Below, in pieces: positions 44,930-54,393 of a DNA stretch of 54,979 nt. Both the position numbers and the translations under genes were made by a program. The notes under the pieces were generated by a model. The model made no database searches. It was given only the letters and a program-made list of their open reading frames with translations, and was not told the DNA's origin. Numbering within the stretch: position 1 is the first letter of the stretch; every line of letters begins with the position of its first letter. This stretch comes from Betaproteobacteria bacterium (lineage in GTDB: Bacteria; Pseudomonadota; Gammaproteobacteria; Burkholderiales; Ga0077523): NCBI GenBank assembly GCA_031393885.1, contig JANMWG010000286.1:1-54979 (forward strand). The letters are read 5' to 3'.

Positions 44930-45781
44930 ATGGATTGGGAAGACGGCAGGCGCAGCGGCAACGTCGAAGATCGTCGCGGCATGCGCATTCCTGGCGGTCT
45001 GGCCGGTGGCGGCGGCATCGGGGTGGTTGTCATCGCCCTGATCGCCATGTTCTTCGGGGTCGACCCGCGTCTTATTCTCCAGGGCGCCGGGCAGGTCGGT
45101 AGCGGGGTCCAGCAACCGGCCGCGCCCCCGAATCCGGCGCAGGACAAGCTCGAGGATTTCGTGTCGGTCGTTCTGGCCGACACCGAAGACACCTGGGGTG
45201 ACCTGTTCGCCAAGAGCGGCAGCCACTATGAGCAACCGAAGCTCGTGTTGTTCACCGGGGCGGTGCACTCGGCTTGCGGAACGGCGCAGTCGGCCGTGGG
45301 CCCGTTCTATTGCCCCGGCGACCGCCGGGTCTACATCGATCTGGATTTCTATCGCCTGCTCGCCGATCGCTTCGGGGCGCCGGGCGACTTCGCGCAGGCC
45401 TATGTCATCGCTCACGAGGTCGGCCATCACGTCCAGAACCTCCTCGGCATATCCGAGAAGGTGCAGGCCGCCAGTCAGCGCTCACCCGGGCGCGCCAATC
45501 AGCTGTCGGTTCGCCAGGAACTCCAGGCCGATTGCCTGGCGGGCATCTGGGGACACTTTGCCAATCGTTCGCGGCGGGTACTTCAGGCCGGCGATATCGA
45601 GCAAGGTCTGGCAGCGGCGGCGGCGATCGGCGATGACCGGTTGCAGCAGCAGGCGCAGGGACATGTATCGCCGGAAACCTTCACACATGGCAGTTCCGAA
45701 CAACGGGTGCGCTGGTTCAAGCGCGGCCTCGATTCGGGAGATATCGGGGCGTGCGACACGTTCAAGGCTCAACCACCATAA
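44930..45781 (+). CDS. ypfJ: YpfJ-like putative neutral zinc metallopeptidase
   Basis: 283 aa starting MDWEDGRRSGNVEDRRG, with one TM segment and the HExxH motif AHEVGHHVQ. Confidence 0.85.
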   Translation: MDWEDGRRSGNVEDRRGMRIPGGLAGGGGIGVVVIALIAMFFGVDPRLILQGAGQVGSGVQQPAAPPNPAQDKLEDFVSVVLADTEDTWGDLFAKSGSHYEQPKLVLFTGAVHSACGTAQSAVGPFYCPGDRRVYIDLDFYRLLADRFGAPGDFAQAYVIAHEVGHHVQNLLGISEKVQAASQRSPGRANQLSVRQELQADCLAGIWGHFANRSRRVLQAGDIEQGLAAAAAIGDDRLQQQAQGHVSPETFTHGSSEQRVRWFKRGLDSGDIGACDTFKAQPP

Positions 45782-45908
45782 ACTGGCGCGAGGTTTGCGT
45801 AGTCTGCGCACCCGAGTTAAAAATCGATCAAAACGATAGCATTTGATTGCCAGTGATGCTCGAGTACGGTTAGGCTACAAGTAGTTTCGATACGGGGGTA
45901 TTCGGGGA

Positions 45909-47504
45909 GTGAAGACACGTCTGGCATGGGTGGCGCTCGCACTGGCATTGGGTCCGCTGTCGAGTCACGCCCAATCGACCGCCGTCCCGGAAGGGCCGCG
46001 TTTCGACATCGCTCGCTATGTCGTGGACGGCAATACCCTGCTGCCGGCCGCGCGCATCGACCGAGCACTCGCGCCGTTCACCGGCCAGAAGAAAGCTTTC
46101 GCTACCATCCAGCAGGCCCTCGCCGCCCTGACCAAGGTCTATGCCGACGCCGGCTATACCGCCGTTCAGGTCACCATTCCGGAGCAGGAGATACGTGGCG
46201 GCGACGTGCGTTTCCAGGTCCGGGAACTCAAGGTCGGCCAGGTCATAGTGGAAGGCAATACCCACTTCGGCGCTGACAACATCCGGCGGTCGCTGCCCGC
46301 GTTGGTGCCGGGCACCAGCCCGAACGTTGACCAGGTCGCGCGAAATCTTCTCACCGCCAACGAGAACGCTTCCAAGCAGACGCAGGTCCTGCTGCGGGCA
46401 GGTGACGCCGATGGAACGGTCGACGCCGTCGCCAAGGTGCGCGATCAGAGTCCGCTGCGATTCGGTTTCGGCGTCGACACCACCGGAACCTCCGCCACCG
46501 GCATCCTGCGCGCGAACGTGGCCGTGCAGCACTCCAATCTGTTCGACCGCGATCAGGCGCTCTCGGCGCAATACATCACGTCGCCCGCCTATCCCAATCG
46601 CGTGTCCATCATCGGTCTGGGTTACCGCATTCCGTTGTACCAGTTGGGCGACTCGGTCGAGTTCGCCTATGTGTATTCGGACGTCGACTCAGGCACGGTC
46701 AACACGTCTGCCGGCCGGTTCGGTATCAGTGGCAGCGGCAATTTCTACACGGCCCGCTACAACTTCAACCTGCCGCGCACCGCCGAATTCGACCAGCGCA
46801 TCATCTTCGGCGCCGATTGGCGCGAGTACCGCAACGACGTACGGTTCGCCGGCTCCAGCGGAAGCCTCGTCCCCGACCTCACGTTGCACCCGGTGAGCGT
46901 CGCCTGGTCCGGCCGATGGCATCAACAGGATCAGGACTTGTCCGGATTTCTCAGCGCCTATCACAACATCGCCGGCGGCAGCGATGGCGACCAGGCGGCC
47001 TTCAACCGACCGGGTGCCCGGCGCGGCGCCGCGACCAACTACACGTTGTATCGCCTGTCGGCCAGCTACACCCGGCAGTTGCCCCGGGACTTCCAGTTGC
47101 GCGCCGCGGCCAACGCCCAATTGACCAACGACATGCTGGTGGCGGGAGAACAGTTCGGCCTCGGTGGCATGGATTCCGTGCGTGGCTTCACGGAGCGCGA
47201 GATCGCCAACGATCGCGGCCTGCGCACCAGCCTCGAAGGCTATTCGCCCGATTTCGGTGCCCGTCTTCATGCCGGCGTCAGCGCGCGCGCGCTGATCTTC
47301 TTCGACTACGGGCAGCTCAAGCGCAACGGCGCGCTGCCCAGCGAGAAACCGGGCGAAGCGGTCAGTAGCGCGGGTGTCGGACTGCGGCTGTTCTACGGCA
47401 ACAACATCAGCCTGCGCCTCGACTACGGCACGGTCATGCAGCCCGGCGGCTTGCAGGGCCGTGGTGACCAGCGCCTGCAAGGCGCATTTGCGTGGTTGTT
47501 CTGA
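45909..47504 (+). CDS. Two-partner secretion outer-membrane transporter (TpsB; ShlB/FhaC/HecB family)
   Basis: 531 aa with a GTG start and the signal peptide MKTRLAWVALALALGPLSSHAQS. It has the POTRA-like region FDIARYVVDGNTLL...VRELKVGQVIVEGN, a beta-barrel with a terminal aromatic residue (...GAFAWLF), and the conserved GGMDSVRGF motif. Confidence 0.9.
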   Translation: MKTRLAWVALALALGPLSSHAQSTAVPEGPRFDIARYVVDGNTLLPAARIDRALAPFTGQKKAFATIQQALAALTKVYADAGYTAVQVTIPEQEIRGGDVRFQVRELKVGQVIVEGNTHFGADNIRRSLPALVPGTSPNVDQVARNLLTANENASKQTQVLLRAGDADGTVDAVAKVRDQSPLRFGFGVDTTGTSATGILRANVAVQHSNLFDRDQALSAQYITSPAYPNRVSIIGLGYRIPLYQLGDSVEFAYVYSDVDSGTVNTSAGRFGISGSGNFYTARYNFNLPRTAEFDQRIIFGADWREYRNDVRFAGSSGSLVPDLTLHPVSVAWSGRWHQQDQDLSGFLSAYHNIAGGSDGDQAAFNRPGARRGAATNYTLYRLSASYTRQLPRDFQLRAAANAQLTNDMLVAGEQFGLGGMDSVRGFTEREIANDRGLRTSLEGYSPDFGARLHAGVSARALIFFDYGQLKRNGALPSEKPGEAVSSAGVGLRLFYGNNISLRLDYGTVMQPGGLQGRGDQRLQGAFAWLF

Positions 47505-47526
47505 ACTGAACCAACGGGAGCCGATC

Positions 47527-50500
47527 ATGGCGCGACCTACCCCCCGAATCCTGCTGCGGCGCAAGCTGCTTTGCATGGCCATCGCTGCCGGTTTTCCAAT
47601 GGCGGTGAACGCCAATCCAACCGGTGCGCACGTGACGTCGGGCAGCGCCGGCTTCACCACCACCGGTGGCATGCTGACCATCAGCAACTCACCGGGTGCG
47701 ATCATCGAGTATGCGTCGTTCTCGATCGGGCTTGGCGAGCACACCCACTTCCAGCAACTGTCGGCCGAAAGCCAGGTGCTCAATCGCGTCGTCGGCGGCA
47801 ATCCCAGTCTGATCCTCGGCGCGCTCACCTCGAATGGTCGGGTGTTCCTGATCAACCCCAACGGTATCGCCTTCGGCCCGGGATCGACGGTCGACGTCGC
47901 CGGGCTCGTCGCATCCACGCTCAACCTGTCCAACGCCGATTTCCTGGCAGGCCGGTTGTCGTTCTCGGGCCAGCCCGGCGCCGGTTCCATCCGCAACGAT
48001 GGCACGCTCCAGGCCGCCTCCGGTGGCCGCATCTATCTGGTGGCACCGACCATCGAGAACCATGGCGTCATCGCCGCGCCCGATGGTTCCGTGGTGCTCG
48101 CCGCCGGCCACAGCGTCACCCTGATCGACAGCAAGCGTCCCGACGTGCAGGTCCAGTTGACCGCCGGCGCCGATCAGGCGGTCAATGTCGGCCGCATCGT
48201 GGGCGGCCATGTCGGCATCTACGCCGCTACCATCCGCCAGGGTGGTTCGATCAGCGCGACCATGGCGGTCGCGGGCGAGAACGGGTCGGTCATCCTGAAG
48301 GCGACAAGCAGTGTAATCACCGACCCCGGCAGCAGCATCGTCGCCGGCGGTGCCGGCGGTGGCAGCGTCGAGATCTCCGCCGACTTCTTCTCGCACGCCG
48401 GGTCCATCAACACCGACGGCGGCATCATCCGCATTGCCGCTGGCAGTGTCTTTCAAAGCGGTGCGATCCGGGCAGACGGTGCCTTCGGCGGCGAGATCAC
48501 CGTGCGCTCGTCCGGCAATGTCTGGCAGACCGAGTCATCGATCCTGTCGGCAAATGGTGTTAGTCGCGGCGGCGACATCCGCGTCGATGCCGGGGCCGGG
48601 CAGCTTTACAGTTCCGGTCGGTTCGAAGCCATGGCGTCGGCCGGAAACGGTGGCCGCATCACCTTGACCGGCGACCGGATCGCGCTGGTCGCGGCAAGCG
48701 CCGACTCTAGCGGTACGACCGGCGGGGGCGCGATCCGCATCGGCGGCGATTTTCATGGTGCCGACGCGGGCGCCCCGAATTCGCAGTCGGTCTACGTCAG
48801 CGACGCGGTGTCATTGCGCAGCGATGCCACCGTGCGTGGTGATGGCGGCACCGTCGTCGCGTGGTCCGATGGGTCGACGCGATTCGCGGGCTCGATCTCG
48901 GTTCGCGGCGGCGCCAATGGCGGCAATGGCGGAATGGCCGAAGTCTCGGGTGCGGGCGACCTTCGCTACTCAGGCAATACCGACGCCACTGCCGCGCGGG
49001 GAGCAACGGGCTCGCTGCTGCTCGACCCCAAGAACATCATCATCGACGACTCGGCGCCGAGCGGAGGCAGTGGCTACATCGTCGGCGATTTCATCGACCC
49101 CAATCCCACGGCGGGTGGCAACTTCGGGTCCTCGTTCAACACCAGTCTGCTGTTCAGCGGCAACCTGCTGGTGCGGGTACCCGACGCAACCGTCGGCAGT
49201 TTCGCCAACGCCGGCGCGACCTATCTGTTCAACGGCACCACGCGTGCACTGATCGGCGCGCTGACCGGCAGCAAGGCGAACGACCGGGTCGGCGCGAACG
49301 GCACTTTCTTCCTGAACAACGGCAACTACGTCATCCGCAGCGAAGACTGGAACGATGGTCGTGGTGCACTCACGTTCGGCACGCCAGGCTCGCTGGTTTC
49401 GGGTGTGGTCGGCGCCGGCAACAGCCTGGTCGGCGGTACAGCGGGCGACCACATCGGCAGCGGCGGCATCGGCCTGGTCGGCGGCAACACGATCTGGATC
49501 GGCAGTCAGCAGTGGACCAATCCGGAAACCACGGCTGCCAATGCCGGTGCCTTCACGATTCGCAATACCGACGCCGGCCTGACCGGTGTGGTGTCGGCGC
49601 TCAACAGCCTGGTCGGCACGCATGCCGGCGATCGGGTCGGCGATGCGCCGATCGTGGTTCTGTCCAACAGCACCAGTGCCGGCCGGGTCCTCATCAGCCC
49701 CAAGTGGAATGCCGAGCGCGGCGCAGTCACCTTTATCAACGTCGACAGTCCGGTCGTCGGGGCCGTCGACGCCACCAACAGTCTGATCGGTTCGACCGCA
49801 GGCGATGGCGTCAACATGCGCGTGGAAATTCTCCAGGGCGATGGCTATGCGGTGGTCTGGCCGAAGTGGAGCAACCCGGCCAGGGACGCGACCGGCGCCG
49901 GCGCCATCACCTTCAATTTCAGCAACACCGGACACAGCGGCGTGGTCGGCGCCGACAACAGCCTGATCGGCAACGCGCCCGGCAGCATGAACGAGGCGCG
50001 CATCGTCACGCTCACCGGCGGCTTCGTCGACAACTACCTGGTGGCCAATCCCGGCTGGAGCGATGTCGGCGCGGGGCAGACCGCCAATGGTGCGGTGACC
50101 TTCGTCTCCAGAAACACCGGAATCGCCGGTGAGGTCACTGCCGCCAACAGCCTGATCGGGGGCAGCGGCAATCAGCGTATCGGCGACGATGTTCGGGTGC
50201 GCGATGACGGCAACTACCTCGTGGTGGCCCCGAACTGGACCAACGAGGTCAACGGCGTCGCCAACGCCGGCGCTGTCACTTTCGGCAACGGCGTGACCGG
50301 TGTGGTCGGCGTGGTCACTGCCGCCAACAGTTTCGTCGGCATATCCGCCGGCGACCGGATCGGCAGCGGTGGCATCTATAACGTCGCCGCCGGAAACTTC
50401 GTGATCGCCAGCCCGGAAGTGTCCAGTGGCAGAGGTTTGGTCGTCTGGGCAAATGGTGCTACCGGCGTCACCGGTACGCCGGATTCCATTGTTCCCGGCC

Positions 50501-53500
50501 TGCGGGGATCGACCCCGGGTGACCGCGTCGGCAGTTTCGTCACGGTACTTTCCAACGGCAACTACGTCGTGCACTCGAGCGAATGGAGTTTCGACGACGG
50601 GAATGGAACAGTACTCGGCCAGGTCGGTGCGATGACCTGGGTGGCCGGTGTCACCGGCTTCATCGCGGGTACGTCGAACAACATCGGCGTCGTCAGCCGC
50701 GCCAACAGCCTCACGGGCGCCGCCAGCGGCGCTCGCTTCGGTTCCGGCGGCGTGCAGCAGTTGTCCAGCGGCAACTATCTCGTCCTGAGTCCCGACTGGA
50801 CCGACGACGCGTCGAATCCGGAGAAAGGCGCCGTCACCTACCTGCTGGGCGATAGTGGCAATGTTCCCGCGGGAGGCGCCGCGGGAATCGCCTCCGCAAG
50901 CAACAGCCTGGTCGGAAAGTTCGCCAACGACCGCATCGGCGCCGATATCGCGGGCGGGCTCGCCGTGAGTCAAACGTTCGGCGTGACCAATCCCGGCATC
51001 GTCGTGCGCAGTCCACGCTGGAACTCGGAAACAGGCGCCGTTACCTGGATGAGCGCCCTGGACGGAAGCCTCCCTGGACAGACAACGATTGGTGGTGTCG
51101 TCGATGTCGGCAACAGCATTGTCGGCACGGCGGCCGGTGATCGGGTCGGCGAGGAGTTTCGCGATCTCTTCAACGGCTCTTACCTGATCGGCAGCCCGCA
51201 CTGGAGCGATGCCGCACGTGACATCCAGCGCGTGGGTGCCGTGACCCTATTCCGTTCGGGAACGGGCGAGCGCGTTGCCGACAATGCCACCTTCGGCACG
51301 CTTTCCAGCGTCAACAGCTTCGTCGGCAATGCGACCGACGAAGCTATCGGCCATGTGCAGAACGACATTCACCAGGTCTTCGTGGGTGGCGGTTCGCGCT
51401 TCCTGCTGTACTCCCCCGATTTCAATGGCGGCAACAGCGCGCTGACCTGGCTCGGCAACGGCACCACGGCGGTGACCGGCATCATCGGCGCCACCAATAG
51501 TCTGGTCGGTGCCGGCGTCGGCAACAACATCAATACGGTCAACGACACCATCGTGGTGTCCAGCCCGGGCTGGAATGGCGGCCGCGGCGCAGTCACCTTC
51601 ATCGCGGCCGACGGCGCCATCTTCGGCACCGGCGGCAACACCTTCGGCACCATCGGCGCCACCAACAGCATCGTCGGGTCGTCGCCCGGCGACGGGGAGT
51701 TGTCGCCCGTTGACAGCATTGCCTACCAGGGCAGTTTCTTCGCCAACCCGGGCGGCAATGTCGCCGTGGTCGGGTCCACCAGTTGGAACGGCAATCGCGG
51801 CGCGATCAGGTTCGTCGACGCGGGCGGCGGTTCGGGTGTGATCGGTCCGACCGACAGCCTCGTAGGCGCCAATGCCGGCGATCGCGTCGGATCCGGCGGC
51901 TTCACCGCCTATGGCGCGGGCAGCAACCAGCAGCGCGTGGTGTTGAGTCCTGACTGGAACGGCGCCCGTGGCGCCATGACCTACTACACCAAGGGCACCC
52001 TCGATGCCGCGTTCGCTGCGGCGCACGGCCTGGTCGGTAGCACCGCGAACGATCGCGTCGGCAGCAACGGCATCGAAGGCGTCGGCAGCAACGGCGCGTC
52101 GGTATTGAAGAGTCCCAACTGGAAAGGTAGCGCGGGTGCCGTCAGCTATCTGGGCAATGGCAGCACCACCGTCACGGGGGTGGTGTCGGCCGCCAACAGC
52201 ATCGTCGGCGGCTCGGCAAACCAGCAGGTCGGCAGAAACGGCGTGCTCACGCTGAGCGCGAACGCCTACCTGGTCCTCAGTTCGCACTGGACCGACAACG
52301 CCTCGGCCGATCTCGGCGCCATCACCTGGGTCGACGCGACGACCGGTCGGCCCCTCGACGGCAATGGCGTCGTCAGCCGGGCGAACAGCCTGGTCGGCCC
52401 GGTCGCCGGCGCCCGGTATGGGGAGCGATCCTCGGAGATCGGCACCGACGTGCACGCGCTCTTCAACGGCAACCAGTTCTACCTATACGCACCAACGGTT
52501 CCGTCGGCATCGGCGGCGGTCAGCGGCGGCCGCCTGATGCTGGTGGATGTGTCGACCACCGGCGGCACAGCGATCGGCCGACTTTCCTTCACCAATCAAC
52601 CCGGTGGCGACGTCACGATCCGCGGCATCGATGTCGCGACCGCGCTCGCCACGGCCAACCTGGTGCTCGAAGCCAACAACGACATCACGCTGGTCACCGG
52701 TACCAACATCACCGTCGGTGGTACCCGCGCGCACGCGTTGACTCTGCGAGCCGGCCGCGGGGTGCTACTCAACGGCAACATCACCACCGCCAACGGCGAC
52801 CTCACCGTCATCGCCAACGAGCAGATCAACACCGGTAGTGCCGCGACCGGCGTGGTGGCGGCGAATCGTGACCAGGGCCGGGGCGATATCCAGATGGCGG
52901 CAGGCACGGTCATCGATGCCGGCACCGGCGATGTGCGCCTGGAGATTCACGATGGGCGTCGCGCCGCCAACGCGAGCGCGGGTTTCAACCCCGGTGGCGA
53001 CATCGCGGCGCGCGATATCCGCGGCGCCAACATCGCGCTGCTCAACCGCAGCCGTCTCCAGGACAGTATCGGTATCGGTATCGGCTCGGTGTTCCTCGAT
53101 CCGGCCACCGCCATCACCACCACCGGAGCCGGTGGGTTGCTGTCGATCAGTGCGCCGTCGCGGATCACGGCAAATGGACTGGTGCGGGCACCGGGCGGAC
53201 GCATCGAGCTGCGCGCCGGCGTGCTCGAGTTCGGACCGTCGTTCTCCACCGGCGGCATCGCCTACGACGCGAAGGACATCCTGATCGCTCCCGAGGGGAC
53301 GACCGGCACGGTCCTGCAAGTCGGTGGTGTCCTCAATGATCCTCCGCAAGGCATGCTCTACGTGAGTCAGGCCGCGCTCGGGCACTTCGCCACCACCGGC
53401 TCGCTGGTGCTGGGCGATGTCGCCACGACCGCGGTGGGTTTGGGCAATACCGGTGGCGGCGTCGCGCTCGGCACCGGTTCCCACGGTGCCGAAGGCATCG

Positions 53501-54393
53501 GCGGGCGAGTGATCGTCACCGGCGCCACCGGCAGCGTCATCACGGTTGCTGGGCCGGTGCAATCGACCGCAGCGAGTCTGGTCATGACGGCCGGCCGGCT
53601 CGTGGTGGAGGTGGATGGGTCGATCCTCAGCGGCGGCAGCTTGTCGCTGGTCGCCCGGAACGGTATCGACATCCACGGCAATGTCGCCGCCGAGCGCAAC
53701 CTCGAGATCGCTACGCCGGGTGCCCTGAGCGTCCGCGACGCCCGCGTCACGTCCAGCTTCGGCAGCATCGCCATCAACGTCGGATCGTTGGACATCCTCG
53801 CGTCCCGTGCCGGCGAACAAGGTACGGAAATCGTCGCCAGCGGCGGGCGTGTCGTCGCCAATGTCGCTGGCGACGTGAACATCGTCGCCGGAAGCCGATC
53901 CAACTCGTTCGCCCGGATCGGCAGCCGGTCGGCCGAATGTGTGATGAACATCGGCGGCGATCTGGTTCTCGAGGGAGGAACGGGCAGCGACACCTTTGCC
54001 AGCGTCTTCGGCCATCCGGACGTGGGCACTGCGGCCAGTCCCATGAGCGTCGGCGGCAACATCGTCCTCACCGCCGGTGCCGGCGAGCGCGCTTTCGCGC
54101 GGATCGAAGCGGCCCAGCCCGACACGATCCACCTTGCTTTCCCGACGCGCAGCAGCGGTGGCTATACCGTCAACGGAAAGGCGGTGGTGGCCGACGGCGA
54201 CAGCGGCTTCTTTGCTGGAGGACAGGTGGCGGTGCTCGACCGCAATCTGCTCATCACTTACGGTCAGGGGAGCGCCCCTCCCTTCGACCCGACCGGCGCG
54301 AACGTGATCGCGGCCGAGCGTGGGGCACAGTTCCCGTTCCGGCGAGGGCCGCGTCCCGGGGAAGACGACCCCTCCTTGCCGAGCTGCCGCTGA
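47527..54393 (+). CDS. Large TPS-secreted exoprotein (TpsA) with an atypical repeat-rich passenger
   Basis: ORF 47374..54393. ATG at 47527 is preceded by GGGAG, giving 2288 aa. The signal peptide is MARPTPRILLRRKLLCMAIAAGFPMAVNA. The TPS/haemagglutination-activity domain shows VLNRVVGGNPSLILG and GRVFLINPNGIAFGPG. Next comes a Gly-rich module, GGDFHG...GDGGTVVAWSD...GGNGGMAEVSG...GSLLLDPKNIII. This is followed by the repeat array and a C-terminal beta-helix-like region. Confidence 0.9.
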   Translation: MARPTPRILLRRKLLCMAIAAGFPMAVNANPTGAHVTSGSAGFTTTGGMLTISNSPGAIIEYASFSIGLGEHTHFQQLSAESQVLNRVVGGNPSLILGALTSNGRVFLINPNGIAFGPGSTVDVAGLVASTLNLSNADFLAGRLSFSGQPGAGSIRNDGTLQAASGGRIYLVAPTIENHGVIAAPDGSVVLAAGHSVTLIDSKRPDVQVQLTAGADQAVNVGRIVGGHVGIYAATIRQGGSISATMAVAGENGSVILKATSSVITDPGSSIVAGGAGGGSVEISADFFSHAGSINTDGGIIRIAAGSVFQSGAIRADGAFGGEITVRSSGNVWQTESSILSANGVSRGGDIRVDAGAGQLYSSGRFEAMASAGNGGRITLTGDRIALVAASADSSGTTGGGAIRIGGDFHGADAGAPNSQSVYVSDAVSLRSDATVRGDGGTVVAWSDGSTRFAGSISVRGGANGGNGGMAEVSGAGDLRYSGNTDATAARGATGSLLLDPKNIIIDDSAPSGGSGYIVGDFIDPNPTAGGNFGSSFNTSLLFSGNLLVRVPDATVGSFANAGATYLFNGTTRALIGALTGSKANDRVGANGTFFLNNGNYVIRSEDWNDGRGALTFGTPGSLVSGVVGAGNSLVGGTAGDHIGSGGIGLVGGNTIWIGSQQWTNPETTAANAGAFTIRNTDAGLTGVVSALNSLVGTHAGDRVGDAPIVVLSNSTSAGRVLISPKWNAERGAVTFINVDSPVVGAVDATNSLIGSTAGDGVNMRVEILQGDGYAVVWPKWSNPARDATGAGAITFNFSNTGHSGVVGADNSLIGNAPGSMNEARIVTLTGGFVDNYLVANPGWSDVGAGQTANGAVTFVSRNTGIAGEVTAANSLIGGSGNQRIGDDVRVRDDGNYLVVAPNWTNEVNGVANAGAVTFGNGVTGVVGVVTAANSFVGISAGDRIGSGGIYNVAAGNFVIASPEVSSGRGLVVWANGATGVTGTPDSIVPGLRGSTPGDRVGSFVTVLSNGNYVVHSSEWSFDDGNGTVLGQVGAMTWVAGVTGFIAGTSNNIGVVSRANSLTGAASGARFGSGGVQQLSSGNYLVLSPDWTDDASNPEKGAVTYLLGDSGNVPAGGAAGIASASNSLVGKFANDRIGADIAGGLAVSQTFGVTNPGIVVRSPRWNSETGAVTWMSALDGSLPGQTTIGGVVDVGNSIVGTAAGDRVGEEFRDLFNGSYLIGSPHWSDAARDIQRVGAVTLFRSGTGERVADNATFGTLSSVNSFVGNATDEAIGHVQNDIHQVFVGGGSRFLLYSPDFNGGNSALTWLGNGTTAVTGIIGATNSLVGAGVGNNINTVNDTIVVSSPGWNGGRGAVTFIAADGAIFGTGGNTFGTIGATNSIVGSSPGDGELSPVDSIAYQGSFFANPGGNVAVVGSTSWNGNRGAIRFVDAGGGSGVIGPTDSLVGANAGDRVGSGGFTAYGAGSNQQRVVLSPDWNGARGAMTYYTKGTLDAAFAAAHGLVGSTANDRVGSNGIEGVGSNGASVLKSPNWKGSAGAVSYLGNGSTTVTGVVSAANSIVGGSANQQVGRNGVLTLSANAYLVLSSHWTDNASADLGAITWVDATTGRPLDGNGVVSRANSLVGPVAGARYGERSSEIGTDVHALFNGNQFYLYAPTVPSASAAVSGGRLMLVDVSTTGGTAIGRLSFTNQPGGDVTIRGIDVATALATANLVLEANNDITLVTGTNITVGGTRAHALTLRAGRGVLLNGNITTANGDLTVIANEQINTGSAATGVVAANRDQGRGDIQMAAGTVIDAGTGDVRLEIHDGRRAANASAGFNPGGDIAARDIRGANIALLNRSRLQDSIGIGIGSVFLDPATAITTTGAGGLLSISAPSRITANGLVRAPGGRIELRAGVLEFGPSFSTGGIAYDAKDILIAPEGTTGTVLQVGGVLNDPPQGMLYVSQAALGHFATTGSLVLGDVATTAVGLGNTGGGVALGTGSHGAEGIGGRVIVTGATGSVITVAGPVQSTAASLVMTAGRLVVEVDGSILSGGSLSLVARNGIDIHGNVAAERNLEIATPGALSVRDARVTSSFGSIAINVGSLDILASRAGEQGTEIVASGGRVVANVAGDVNIVAGSRSNSFARIGSRSAECVMNIGGDLVLEGGTGSDTFASVFGHPDVGTAASPMSVGGNIVLTAGAGERAFARIEAAQPDTIHLAFPTRSSGGYTVNGKAVVADGDSGFFAGGQVAVLDRNLLITYGQGSAPPFDPTGANVIAAERGAQFPFRRGPRPGEDDPSLPSCR
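49201..52552 (+). repeat. About 18 tandem degenerate ~62-aa coding repeats inside tpsA
   Basis: The recurrent unit is GAVTF-x(5-15)-G(V/I)V-x3-NS(L/I/F)(V/I)G-x4-(G)DR(V/I)G-x(2-6)-(L)-x-NGNY(V/L)V-xSP-xW. I placed 17 NSLVG-type anchors near 49420, 49603, 49777, 49957, 50146, 50326, 50480, 50704, 50902, 51112, 51313, 51495, 51664, 51853, 52025, 52194 and 52384. Their spacing is 154-224 nt. Confidence 0.85.
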
